Assembly (NCBI GenBank): GCA_015233115.1 | Contig: JADFYJ010000005.1 | Coordinates: 86,359-150,358 of the forward strand | Direction: 5' to 3' | Length of the DNA stretch: 64,000 nucleotides | Source: Candidatus Omnitrophota bacterium | Lineage (GTDB): Bacteria > Omnitrophota > Gorgyraeia > Zapsychrales > Zapsychraceae | Shown here: piece after piece, positions 1 through 9,221 of the stretch | Position numbering within the stretch: the first letter of the stretch is position 1 | Layout of the letters: the number at the start of each line of letters is the position of its first letter | Notes under the pieces: generated by a model | Databases searched by the model: none | What the model was told of the DNA's origin: nothing | The model's input: only the letters and a program-made list of their open reading frames with translations | Made by a program: the position numbers and the translations under genes

Positions 1-1162
1 ATTTTTGCCGCAAACTTTTTAGCGCGGCCGTTATCAAAACTACATCCCCCATAGAACTGAATTTGATGACCAAAATATTCTTCATCCCCAAAATTTCATC
101 ATAAACCGCTAAAGTCCTAACCGCCATTTTTTCCAGCGTATATTCCTGATCAATTTTTTTCTTTGCCTCAGCCGTCATGCGTTCGCATAACTCCCGGTCT
201 TTTAAAAGCCGGTTGACAGCGGCCACCATAGCGTCAATATCTTTGGCCGGAATCATTAATCCATTGCGTTCATGTTCAATAATATCGACCACCCCACCGA
301 CTTCAGTCGCCACCACCGGGACACCCACCGCCTGCGCTTCAATAATCGTACGGCCGAAAGATTCCTGGGTTATGCTGGGAACAACCAATACATCAACCTG
401 AGATAAAAGCTCAGGCACATCTTGCCGATTGCCTAAAAATTCAACCTGTGATCCTATTCCCAACCTTTTAATCAAAAGAATCACTTCATTTTTATATTCC
501 TGTTTATTCGCCGGAGCATCTCCGATAATCCAAATTTTAGCGTACGGATAAACACGCAGTACTTTGGACATGGCTTTAATAAAAAACGTGTGCCCTTTAA
601 TCGGCGTCAACCGGCCGACGACCGCGATAACCGGATTCGTTTTAATTTTAATCTCATGTTTGAATTGGGAGAACCGATCCTGATCTACACTGCGCGGAAT
701 GCAGCGGATATTATCCGCGGGCACTTTATACGTATCAATCATATGCCGGCCAATCACCCGACTAGGCACAATCACCAATTTGGACCACCCCATAATCTTG
801 CTATACCAAGGATTTTTATAAAAGCCATGACAGGTCGTAATGAAAGTAGCCGGAGTTTTTTTCGACGCGAAATACGCGATCCATCCGGGAATACGCGAAC
901 GGGCATGAACAATATCCACTTTTTCATCAAGGATAATCTGCCGCAATTTTTTAATCATGAAAAACATCCGAATCGGATTTTTTTCATGCACCGGCAATTG
1001 ATAATGTTTACTGCCTTCATCCACCAAACGCTTAACCAGCAAGCCGCCATTGGAGATAACAATCGAAGCATGCCCGTGCTGAACCAAATATTTAGCAAAA
1101 TCCACAGTTCCGGTCTCAACCCCGCCCACATTTAATTCAGGTAAAATTTGTAAAATACGCAT
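1..1162 (-). CDS. GT4 glycosyltransferase fused in frame to a GT9 (LPS heptosyltransferase-like) domain; runs off the window end
   Basis: Hand translation from ATG at 1162: MRILQILPELNVGGVETG...VGRLTPIKGH...ESFGRTIIEAQAVGVPVVAT (GT4), continuing without a stop into MKNILVIKFSSMGDVVLIT (GT9 N-terminal motif). Absent from the ORF track because no stop lies in the window. Confidence 0.85.
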   Translation of the reverse strand, partial: MRILQILPELNVGGVETGTVDFAKYLVQHGHASIVISNGGLLVKRLVDEGSKHYQLPVHEKNPIRMFFMIKKLRQIILDEKVDIVHARSRIPGWIAYFASKKTPATFITTCHGFYKNPWYSKIMGWSKLVIVPSRVIGRHMIDTYKVPADNIRCIPRSVDQDRFSQFKHEIKIKTNPVIAVVGRLTPIKGHTFFIKAMSKVLRVYPYAKIWIIGDAPANKQEYKNEVILLIKRLGIGSQVEFLGNRQDVPELLSQVDVLVVPSITQESFGRTIIEAQAVGVPVVATEVGGVVDIIEHERNGLMIPAKDIDAMVAAVNRLLKDRELCERMTAEAKKKIDQEYTLEKMAVRTLAVYDEILGMKNILVIKFSSMGDVVLITAALKSLRQK

Positions 1163-1230
1163 ATGGCTCTCTCCAAAAAAAATTACAAAATAAAAATAAA
1201 CAATCCGCGTGCCCTGCACTATTTTTTATT

Positions 1231-1250
1231 AAGTGACAAAGTAACCGAGT
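1231..1250. repeat. Remnant left arm of an AGTAACAG-type tandem-arm element
   Basis: aagtgacaaagtaaccgagt, same 8-nt units as at 16237, 18966, 24432 and 39856. Confidence 0.55.
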
Positions 1251-1262
1251 ACGCCGTCCGCA

Positions 1263-1301
1263 GGTGCTCCCGGCACTACTCGGACATTACGTCCTCGGTC
1301 G
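1263..1301. repeat. 39-nt dispersed repeat (second copy, inverted, at 14894-14932)
   Basis: Reverse complement cgaccgaggacgtaatgtccgagtagtgccgggagcacc matches cgaccaaggacgcaatgtccgcgtagtgctggaaactcc at 32/39 positions. Confidence 0.7.
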
Positions 1302-1336
1302 CAGCGTTATTATATCTTCGCGAACATCTTTTCAAA

Positions 1337-1460
1337 CCGCGTGCCCCATACACAAGGTTTGTGTTTAAACCAAAACACCGAGCGAGTTCAGCTCCGCTTA
1401 GGAGCTGCTGTTTGAGCGAATGATTTGGTTTAAATGCAAACCGCCCTACCGCGCGCTTTA
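1337..1460. repeat. Structured hairpin element with GAGCGAGTT / TGTTTGAGCGAA internal loop, copy 1
   Basis: Near-identical to 38690-38812; long stem ggtttgtgtttaaacc/ggtttaaatgcaaacc, apical hairpin cagctcc-gctta-ggagctg. Confidence 0.9.
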
Positions 1461-1469
1461 TTAAAAATG

Positions 1470-3461
1470 TTATATAATTTGTTTCAATCTATTATAAATT
1501 TTTGCCGCGTCATCAATCGGCCGGGTGATAATTTTTTTCCCAGCCATTTGTGAAAGAATTTCCCCCGTTTGATTGACGTTGGCAGTGACTACATAATTTT
1601 GTTCATTCAACCGGTCCACAAAAATTTCATGCTTAAATCGCTTACGCATAAACGTTTTCTTGAATGTAGGCTTAAATACCAAAGTTGGCTTACCCGATGT
1701 TACAGCTTCGGAAACCATCGATATACTATCGCCGGACACCACTAATAAATCTGCCGCACCCAATATGCCTCCCAGTGCTTCTGTAAAATTATTTTTGCTC
1801 GCGATGACCAGCACCGGACACAGAGCATTGTTCTCCAATTCTTTGAGCAATAACGCTTCCACATCAGCCGCTGTCCGCCGTGATGATGTGACCAGCAATT
1901 TCATTCTCTGTTGACCAGCAAACTGTTTTAACTGCTCCACCAATATCCGGATCTGCTCAAACGTGATTGACATATTTTTGGAATCACCGCCGATCAAAAT
2001 CCCTATTTTTAAACATTTATCCGCTTTCACTTGTGGATAACGTTCGAAAAGTTTTTGCCTCATATCACTCAAATAAGCCGGAGAAATAAGATTTGGTGCC
2101 CCTTGGGTGATCACCACATCTTTATAGGTTTGGCCTATTTTCAAATCATGTTGAGGAAGAATTAACGCATTAAAACATTTAAACCGCATCAAACCAGGAC
2201 GTTGAATGCCAATTCTTTTAGCTCCGGTTTCCTGGGCTAAAACGTAATTGATCCCCGCCATGGAAGACCCGCACGAAATCACATAATCTGCTTTAATTTT
2301 CTCGATTCGGGCATAGACCTCAGGCATCAAGAACGGTTTTAACAAAATAATATACCCTTCCCGAATCAAAGGACTCATTAAAAAAGTAACGAGCGATGCC
2401 CAGCGTGATGCCCAAATATTGCGGAATTTGATTTCACAGATCTCAACCGTTGACTCAATATTTTTTTCTTTCAAACATTGCTGTACTAACCCAGCCACCG
2501 CTTGCGCCTGATGGACATGTCCGGCTTTTCCATCGGATAAAATTACCAGATGAGCCTGGGACGAATGTTTCCAAACTCGATAAGTCCATAAATATTCATG
2601 CGGCCGTGAGCGGATTGAATCTTCCATGGTTTTCACACATAGCCGTAAATTCGTCTCAATATCTTTTTGCAAATCTCCGGTGTTGATCATTTTTATTTCC
2701 GGAAACATCTTAAAATAATTCCGACCATTCTTTAAACGGGTAATACTCACCATACAGACCGGGACATCATATTTAAGCGCCAAACGGACGCCACCCGTCG
2801 ACATAGACGCGGTCCGCCCAAAAAAAGGGACACGAAATCCGTCAGCGCCGCCTTGATCGATTACAATCCCAGTTGAATGGTTGCTTTTGAGCGCTTTAAT
2901 AAAATCTCTCGGCCCCATCCCTGTCGATAACGACACCGCCCCATGTTTGGTTCGGTATTCATTTAACAAAGCATTTAATTTTGGATACCGCTTGTGAGGA
3001 TTAACCATGATTTTATAGCGAAAGCCTAAAAATCCGGCTAACGCACTGGCCAATTCCCAGTTTCCCAAATGCATGGCAAAAAAAAGCAAACCATGGCCGC
3101 GGTCCAGAATTTTTCGAGCCTCTTCAATCCCGTTTATTTCAATCAATTCATGAAAATTTTTTGAATTTAAAATCGGAAAACGCAGAAATTCAATAATATT
3201 TTGTCCGAACTGAATAAAAAAAGCTTTTACGAGCGCATGCAATTCTTTAGGCGTTTTTGTCTCTCCAAAAGCTTGTTTCAAATTGTAATAGCACAACCGA
3301 CGTTTTTTGGAGTTTGTCCAATACGCCACATGGCCCATGCCACGGCCAACTATTAACGCAATTTTAACAGGTAACGCGCAAATAAACGCGGCAAACCCTC
3401 TAATGAGGAAACAACAAAGCGATTCTACCAAGTATTTGATCCTTTCCTTCTGTAACATCAA
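1470..3461 (-). CDS. Lipid A late acyltransferase (LpxL/HtrB family) fused to an ELM1/GtrOC1-like domain
   Basis: N-half has HLGNWE, DQ..VPFFG and P.EYLW..RVWK motifs; C-half has ILSDGKAGH..Q, LIGG, TSSRRT and VSGDSISMVSEA motifs. Confidence 0.8.
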   Translation of the reverse strand: MMLQKERIKYLVESLCCFLIRGFAAFICALPVKIALIVGRGMGHVAYWTNSKKRRLCYYNLKQAFGETKTPKELHALVKAFFIQFGQNIIEFLRFPILNSKNFHELIEINGIEEARKILDRGHGLLFFAMHLGNWELASALAGFLGFRYKIMVNPHKRYPKLNALLNEYRTKHGAVSLSTGMGPRDFIKALKSNHSTGIVIDQGGADGFRVPFFGRTASMSTGGVRLALKYDVPVCMVSITRLKNGRNYFKMFPEIKMINTGDLQKDIETNLRLCVKTMEDSIRSRPHEYLWTYRVWKHSSQAHLVILSDGKAGHVHQAQAVAGLVQQCLKEKNIESTVEICEIKFRNIWASRWASLVTFLMSPLIREGYIILLKPFLMPEVYARIEKIKADYVISCGSSMAGINYVLAQETGAKRIGIQRPGLMRFKCFNALILPQHDLKIGQTYKDVVITQGAPNLISPAYLSDMRQKLFERYPQVKADKCLKIGILIGGDSKNMSITFEQIRILVEQLKQFAGQQRMKLLVTSSRRTAADVEALLLKELENNALCPVLVIASKNNFTEALGGILGAADLLVVSGDSISMVSEAVTSGKPTLVFKPTFKKTFMRKRFKHEIFVDRLNEQNYVVTANVNQTGEILSQMAGKKIITRPIDDAAKIYNRLKQII

Positions 3462-4479
3462 AACAAATATCCAAAACTAATAATCGGATATCTTCTGACA
3501 AAAATTTCAAAAACAAATTAATTTTAACCGCATCTTTGCGCGTCGTAACTAAAATTTTAATTTTTTCAACATTGCAACCCATGTTCATACTCTTAAAATC
3601 TTCTTCAGTATAAGAATGATGATCGATAAAATGAAACCCTTTAATCACGCAAGCGCCCAACTGCTCTAAAGTATGTTTAAATGAAGTCGGATCCGCGATA
3701 CTGCAAAAATATCCCACCACTTGCCCATTCACAAAATCTATTGAAAAAGAACCAGGATGTCGCACATCATAAAACCCAGCTGGTCTATGCACTCCCTGGC
3801 AAACTAACACACTCGGCCCACTTTCAGAAACGCTTTTAAGCACGCTTTGCGAATTTTTTCTCATTAAATCTGTCTTTGTTAAAACAACGACGTGAGCACG
3901 TTTTAAACTTTTTACTGGTTCACGCAGAATTCCTGATGGAAGTAAAGAGCCATTACCCCAGGGATTCGTCGCGTCAACGGCCACCAAATCAAGATCCCGC
4001 TTTAACTGACGATGTTGAAACCCATCATCAAGAATAAACACATCCGCCGGATGTTCATTTAAATAATTTTTAGCATTCAAATAACGGTTAGGACCGATTA
4101 AAACTGGCACATCTTTTACCATTTGCTGGACCACCTGAGCTTCATCACTTAACACCTTACCGCCGTGATGATCCTTGTCCATATAACCACGCATGAGCAC
4201 CACTGGCTTTAATCCCATGGATTTAAATGTCTCAGCCAGCCATATCGCAATGGGTGTTTTTCCTACACCCCCCACTACAATATTTCCAACTGAAATGACC
4301 GGCCGAGGCAGACGGTAAGTTGGCATAAGCCCCGCGTCAAACAGCCCATTACGTGCCTTGATAATTAAACCGTATAAAATCGATAACACAAATAAAAACA
4401 AAACCAAAATAGTCGGCACAATCCCGCGTTTTTCCCCTCGCATCACTGTCCAAAAATATATCTTTAATTTCTCATTCAT
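3400..4479 (-). CDS. lpxK: Tetraacyldisaccharide 4'-kinase
   Basis: VISVGNIVVGGVGKTP, SDE, ILDDGFQH, LLPSGILREP, TTRKDAVK. Confidence 0.95.
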   Translation of the reverse strand: MNEKLKIYFWTVMRGEKRGIVPTILVLFLFVLSILYGLIIKARNGLFDAGLMPTYRLPRPVISVGNIVVGGVGKTPIAIWLAETFKSMGLKPVVLMRGYMDKDHHGGKVLSDEAQVVQQMVKDVPVLIGPNRYLNAKNYLNEHPADVFILDDGFQHRQLKRDLDLVAVDATNPWGNGSLLPSGILREPVKSLKRAHVVVLTKTDLMRKNSQSVLKSVSESGPSVLVCQGVHRPAGFYDVRHPGSFSIDFVNGQVVGYFCSIADPTSFKHTLEQLGACVIKGFHFIDHHSYTEEDFKSMNMGCNVEKIKILVTTRKDAVKINLFLKFLSEDIRLLVLDICFDVTEGKDQILGRIALLFPH

Positions 4480-4496
4480 AATAGTCCAATTTTATA

Positions 4497-4560
4497 AGCA
4501 TGTAGCATATAGCATGTGGCATGTAGTGAAAACTTGCTACATGCCACATGCTATATGCTA
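4497..4560. repeat. Tandem-arm inverted element, TAGCATG 7-mer type, 10-nt spacer
   Basis: Perfect 24-bp inverted repeat 4503-4526 / 4537-4560. Confidence 0.9.
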
Positions 4561-5823
4561 TTGCAAATAGTCAATTATCGCCGCCATAGTCCGGTCAGTC
4601 GCCCCGCGTCCAATCTCTAAAGTTTTTTTCGCCGCATCGCCTAATTGTGCCCTTAGTTTGGGAGATTTTAAAAGGTATTTGATCTGCACGCTAAGTTCTT
4701 CTGGATTCTTAACCCGGATAATCGCTTTTTGAGACAAAAAAAGAGTCATGACATCTTTAAAATTTTGGGTATTAGGCCCGACTAAAATCGGTTTTCCAAA
4801 CGCTGCGGGTTCGATCATATTCTGCCCACCCTTAGCGGTTAAAGACTTCCCCATAAAGACCAAAGTAGCCAAACGGTATAAAGACCGCAATTTTCCAATT
4901 ACATCGACGATTATGACTGAATTTGCCGGAAGGTCTTCGCCTTCCTTGTAACTGGAATATTTAATTGGCACAAACCCCTTACGTTTCATTAAATCAACCA
5001 GCTCATCCGCGCGTTCAACATGACGCGGTGTGATAATTAATCGAACATCAGGAAAATCAAAAGTTAAATCCTTATACACATCAGACAAAATATCTTCTTC
5101 ACCATCATGCGTGCTGCCGCCAATGATAAATTGATATTTAACCGGCAATTTCAAGTATTCTTCTGCCACATTGTCCGTAATAGGAGCTAAATCGAATTTT
5201 AAATTCCCACATATTTCAACCCGACCGCGGTCAACCCCCAAATCGCATACCCGTTGGGCATCAGTTGGAGACTGCATACAAAACCGCGCCACACAATTGA
5301 GAACTGGTTTCATCAACCACTTCGCCAATTGATAATGGCTAAAAGAACGATCAGAAATTCTTCCATTCACCAAAACAATCGGAACTTTTTTCTTCGTTAA
5401 AGCATAAAACAAATTGGGCCAAAATTCCGTCTCAGCCGAAATATAAATTCTTGGATTAACAATTTTTATAAATTTTCTAACAATCCAACTCAAATCAAGC
5501 GGCGCGTACAAAACCGTCACATTTTTTCCGATCAATTTTTGCTTTGCTAAATCATTTCCGGTTTTCGTCACAGTCGTCACAATTAAATGATGCTCAGGAA
5601 AACGGTTCCCAACCCGGACAATAAGATCGCAGACAGCCAAAACCTCTCCAACGCTGACAGCGTGAATCCAGATATTATTCGTCTTTTTAATTTTATTTCT
5701 GACATCCACTGGCATAACCCCAAAACGCATCTTAAAATCCGCATGCCATTTTTTCTTAATAAACAGCACCGGAATATAAGCAATCACAAATATCAAAAAT
5801 ATAAAATCGTAAAGAATAAACAT
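4558..5823 (-). CDS. waaA: 3-deoxy-D-manno-octulosonic acid (Kdo) transferase
   Basis: IWIHAVSVGE, ETEFWPN, NGRISDRS, GNLKFD, GSTHDGEE, PRHVER, GGQNMIEPA. Confidence 0.95.
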   Translation of the reverse strand: MFILYDFIFLIFVIAYIPVLFIKKKWHADFKMRFGVMPVDVRNKIKKTNNIWIHAVSVGEVLAVCDLIVRVGNRFPEHHLIVTTVTKTGNDLAKQKLIGKNVTVLYAPLDLSWIVRKFIKIVNPRIYISAETEFWPNLFYALTKKKVPIVLVNGRISDRSFSHYQLAKWLMKPVLNCVARFCMQSPTDAQRVCDLGVDRGRVEICGNLKFDLAPITDNVAEEYLKLPVKYQFIIGGSTHDGEEDILSDVYKDLTFDFPDVRLIITPRHVERADELVDLMKRKGFVPIKYSSYKEGEDLPANSVIIVDVIGKLRSLYRLATLVFMGKSLTAKGGQNMIEPAAFGKPILVGPNTQNFKDVMTLFLSQKAIIRVKNPEELSVQIKYLLKSPKLRAQLGDAAKKTLEIGRGATDRTMAAIIDYLQ

Positions 5824-5839
5824 AAAATTCCTAAGCTAA

Positions 5840-6108
5840 TAGTATGTAGTACGTAGTATGTGGTATGTAGCAAAAACAAAAAACAAAAAAATCGATGATA
5901 AAACTCTAACCACGCAAAAAACCTTTGTTAAAAAACATTAAATCGTTTTTGTTTGAAACACATTAAATATTAATTTTTATCTAATCCCGAATAATTTTTC
6001 GAATAATCATTTATATCTCTATACATTAAAACTGCATCTAAACATTTTTTTACGACACACTGCTTGCACAACAATCGCTTTTTCACCACATACCACATAC
6101 TACATACT
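5840..6108. repeat. Tandem-arm inverted element, TAGTATG 7-mer type, about 215-nt A-rich spacer
   Basis: Left arm tagtatgtagtacgtagtatgtggtatgtag, right arm ccacataccacatactacatact, inner motif caatcgcttttt at 6072-6083. Confidence 0.85.
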
Positions 6109-6112
6109 TTTT

Positions 6113-6973
6113 TCAAGCTCTCGGATGCGCCAAATCATAAATTTTTTTTAAACGGTCAGTTGTAACATGGGTATAAATCTGAGTTGTTGATAGATTAACA
6201 TGCCCTAACAACTCTTGAACCGCCCTCAAGTCCGCGCCCCGATTAAGCAAATGCGTGGCGAATGAATGACGCAAAACATGCGGCGATACATGTGAATTCA
6301 AGGCTGCTTTAACCACATATTTATTGACTATATTCCTTACACTCCGATCCGTTAAGCGAGTCCCTTGCTTATTTAAAAAAATCGCTTTTGCCGCTGAAAC
6401 CCTGCTTTTTAAATAATCCCGGATGCTTAAAATGGCTGTCTCTCCTAACGGAACCAACCTTTCTTTCTTACCCTTACCCGCGACTTTGGCCACGCCGCCG
6501 ATCATATCTACATGCTCCACATCAAGCCCTACTAACTCACTCACCCGCATGCCTGATCCGTATAAAACCTCAAGAATAGCCCGGTCGCGTTTATCATCGA
6601 TAGCCGCTATAGGCGCGCTTTCAATGAATTTCGTCATATCTTCTTCACTTAAAAATTTCGGCAGCAGCTTTTCTTTTTTAGGCGACATGAGTAAAGACGC
6701 CGGGTTACTTTTAACCAAACCCTCACGTTCCAAAAATCTAAAAAAACTCCTTAAACTCGACAATTTTCTAGACAAAGACCTGCTCTTAAAATTCAAAGTT
6801 CGCAAATGTGCCAAATATTTACGCAACAAAAGATAATCTACGTTATCAACCGCAACCTCGCCAATAAATCCAAAAAATTCCACTAAATCAATCCGGTAAT
6901 TCAATACCGTGTGCGGAGAATAATTCTTTTCAACCTGTAAATACGAAATAAACTTATCCACAAACCGGTTCAT
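6113..6973 (-). CDS. xerC: Tyrosine recombinase XerC
   Basis: RDRAILEVLYGSGMRVSEL, GKGKKER, SPHVLRHSFATHLL, LLGH..LSTTQIY; start moved to ATG 6973 (MNRFVDKF) behind an AAGGA RBS; topA-xerC synteny. Confidence 0.88.
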   Translation of the reverse strand: MNRFVDKFISYLQVEKNYSPHTVLNYRIDLVEFFGFIGEVAVDNVDYLLLRKYLAHLRTLNFKSRSLSRKLSSLRSFFRFLEREGLVKSNPASLLMSPKKEKLLPKFLSEEDMTKFIESAPIAAIDDKRDRAILEVLYGSGMRVSELVGLDVEHVDMIGGVAKVAGKGKKERLVPLGETAILSIRDYLKSRVSAAKAIFLNKQGTRLTDRSVRNIVNKYVVKAALNSHVSPHVLRHSFATHLLNRGADLRAVQELLGHVNLSTTQIYTHVTTDRLKKIYDLAHPRA

Positions 6974-7085
6974 ATGCAATCCTTCTTTTAAAAGAAGCAT
7001 TATACTACAAATTATATTAATTAATAGATTTTGAAATAGAAATATAAGAAGAATAAATGAAGCTAAAATCAATCTAAAAAAACTA

Positions 7086-7194
7086 GGGCCGTACAAACGC
7101 CACATTGCAATCAAATCCCAGAGCGAGTTTCCGTGGCGCCTCGCCACGGTTGTTTGAGCGAAGGATTTGATTGCAATGTGGCCGCAATAGGCCC
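7086..7194. repeat. Divergent copy of the GAGCGAGTT / TGTTTGAGCGAA hairpin element
   Basis: Perfect 20-bp stem 7099-7118/7163-7182 and 8-bp apical stem 7131-7138/7142-7149; loop motifs shared with 1337-1460 but stem sequences differ. Confidence 0.8.
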
Positions 7195-7227
7195 ACGTAA
7201 TATAAATCAAAATTGAAATTTACAGAT

Positions 7228-9210
7228 TTATATTGTCGCACTTTTTTCATCTGCAAGTTTATTTTCTTCCGGCAATTCATTGCTGACATAGGTGCATTTC
7301 GGATACTTGGAACATCCGTAAAACTCACCTTTTTTAGAATGACGCTTGATAATTTCACCTTCTTGGCACGTGGGGCATTTGATTCCAGTCGTATAAGGTT
7401 TAGCGAATTTACATTCCGGAAATCCTGAACAACTTAAGAACCGACCGCGGCGTCCCCACTTGATCACCATTTGCTTACCGCAATCCGGGCAATTCTGGTC
7501 AACATAATGGATAGTTTTTTCCGTATTCGCTTCTGCCAGAACCAATTCTTTCTTGAACGGCTCATAAAAATTCTGGAGCAGTTTTAAATACGTCATGCGG
7601 CCTTCCTCAACTTCATCCAGCTCTTCTTCCATCTGCGCCGTAAAACCTATATCCATAACTTTGGAGAAACGCTCCACAAGAAGATCAATGACTTTCATCC
7701 CCAGATCCGTCGGCGCTAAATAGCCTCCCTTTTCCCGCAAAACATAATTACGCAAAACTATGGTTTGAATAATCGCCGCGTAAGTACTTGGGCGGCCAAT
7801 GCCTTCTTCTTCCAAAGATTTAACCAAACTTGCTTCAGAAAAACGGGGCGGCGGTTTGGTAAAATGCTGAGTCGGCTTCAATTCCATTAAATTCAATTTA
7901 TCCCCTTCAACATAGTGGGAAAAATCCGCTTTACCTTCCTCTTCCTCATTTTGCGGATATACAGTCAAATGTCCGTCAAAAATTAAAGTCGAACCTGAAG
8001 CCGCGAACAAACAATTAGCCGCTTGAATCTCCATCCTGCGATATTGATATTCCGCGGATTCCATCTGACAGCTGACAAAACGATTCCAAATTAATTGATA
8101 TAATTTAAATTGATCGCCATCAAGAAATGACCTCACTTCTTCCGGGGTGCGATAGACATCAGACGGGCGGATAGCCTCATGCGCTTCTTGGGCGGACTTA
8201 CGAGACTTGTAAACATTGGGTGTTTCCGGTAAATATTTTGCGCCATGTTTTTCCCCGATATACGCACGAACACGGGCCACGGCTTCCAGCGACAAATTCA
8301 CAGAATCAGTACGCATGTAGGTAATCAAACCAATCGTCTCTCCACCCAATTCCACACCTTCATACAATTGCTGCGCGAGCAACATAGTTTTTGCCGCATT
8401 GTAGCGTAATTTATTAAATGCTTCTTGCTGTAATGTACTGGTGATAAACGGAGGATTCGGCTTTTTACGGACTGAACGGCTGGAAATACTAGTCACCAAA
8501 TAATCAGACGTCTTTAATTTACCCACCAAATCTTCCGTGATTTGTTGATTGCCTAATTCAAATTTCTCCCCATCAATCTTATCCAAATTCGCCGTTAAAA
8601 TATCCGTACGCCCGATTTTCTGAAGATCAGCGGCGATTTGCCAATATTCTTTAGGATTGAAAGCTAAAATAGAACGTTCCCGCTCCACAATCATTCTAAG
8701 CGCGACAGACTGCACGCGGCCGGCGCTTAGACGTGACCCTATTTTTTTCCACAATAAAGGGCTGATCTGATAACCGACTAATCGGTCTAATACCCGGCGG
8801 GCAACCTGCGCGTCAATTTTTTTATGATCAAAATCGCGCGGATGTTCAAAAGCTTTTAAAACCGCTTCTTTAGTGATTTCCTGAAACGTCACACGGAAAT
8901 TCTTTTTCCCTTCACCCAAATGCTCAACTAAATTCCAACCAATCGCTTCTCCTTCCCGGTCAGGATCAGTCGCGAAATAGATGGTATCAGCGCCTTCAAT
9001 ATCTTTTTTAAGTTTGGTCATGATTTTAGATTTACTACGCACCACGATAAAATGCGGAGCAAAATCATGCTCAAGGTCTATGCCCAAAGTTGATTTCGGC
9101 AAATCAACCAAATGTCCCATCGACGCCACCACTTTAAATTTACTGCCCAAAATTTTATTAATCGTCTTAACTTTAGCCGGAGACTCCACAATCACAATCG
9201 ATTTAGCCAT
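7228..9210 (-). CDS. topA: DNA topoisomerase I
   Basis: IVESPAK, ATDPDREGEAI, SAGRVQS, LITYMRTDS, AQEAHEAIRP, GIGRPSTYA, C-terminal zinc ribbons. Confidence 0.98.
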   Translation of the reverse strand: MAKSIVIVESPAKVKTINKILGSKFKVVASMGHLVDLPKSTLGIDLEHDFAPHFIVVRSKSKIMTKLKKDIEGADTIYFATDPDREGEAIGWNLVEHLGEGKKNFRVTFQEITKEAVLKAFEHPRDFDHKKIDAQVARRVLDRLVGYQISPLLWKKIGSRLSAGRVQSVALRMIVERERSILAFNPKEYWQIAADLQKIGRTDILTANLDKIDGEKFELGNQQITEDLVGKLKTSDYLVTSISSRSVRKKPNPPFITSTLQQEAFNKLRYNAAKTMLLAQQLYEGVELGGETIGLITYMRTDSVNLSLEAVARVRAYIGEKHGAKYLPETPNVYKSRKSAQEAHEAIRPSDVYRTPEEVRSFLDGDQFKLYQLIWNRFVSCQMESAEYQYRRMEIQAANCLFAASGSTLIFDGHLTVYPQNEEEEGKADFSHYVEGDKLNLMELKPTQHFTKPPPRFSEASLVKSLEEEGIGRPSTYAAIIQTIVLRNYVLREKGGYLAPTDLGMKVIDLLVERFSKVMDIGFTAQMEEELDEVEEGRMTYLKLLQNFYEPFKKELVLAEANTEKTIHYVDQNCPDCGKQMVIKWGRRGRFLSCSGFPECKFAKPYTTGIKCPTCQEGEIIKRHSKKGEFYGCSKYPKCTYVSNELPEENKLADEKSATI

Positions 9211-9221
9211 TTATCGTCCTA

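Noticed and set aside
590-1135. 181-aa plus-strand ORF and the many other short antisense ORFs in the track
   Set aside because: They lie opposite well-supported genes and show no recognisable motifs; treated as shadow ORFs.
1163-1423. Short ORFs ending FVFK.HRASSAPLRSCCLSE (also 38590-38775; related tail in 45045-45296)
   Set aside because: The shared peptide is a translation of the non-coding hairpin repeat, not a protein family.
6113-6973. Tyrosine recombinase as a phage or island integrase, or as the mobiliser of the repeats
   Set aside because: Sequence and dprA-topA-xerC synteny fit housekeeping XerC; no att sites or cargo are visible.
6974-7210. 79-aa N-terminal extension of XerC in the ORF track
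   Set aside because: It runs through the hairpin element and AT-rich DNA; an RBS and typical XerC start are at 6973.
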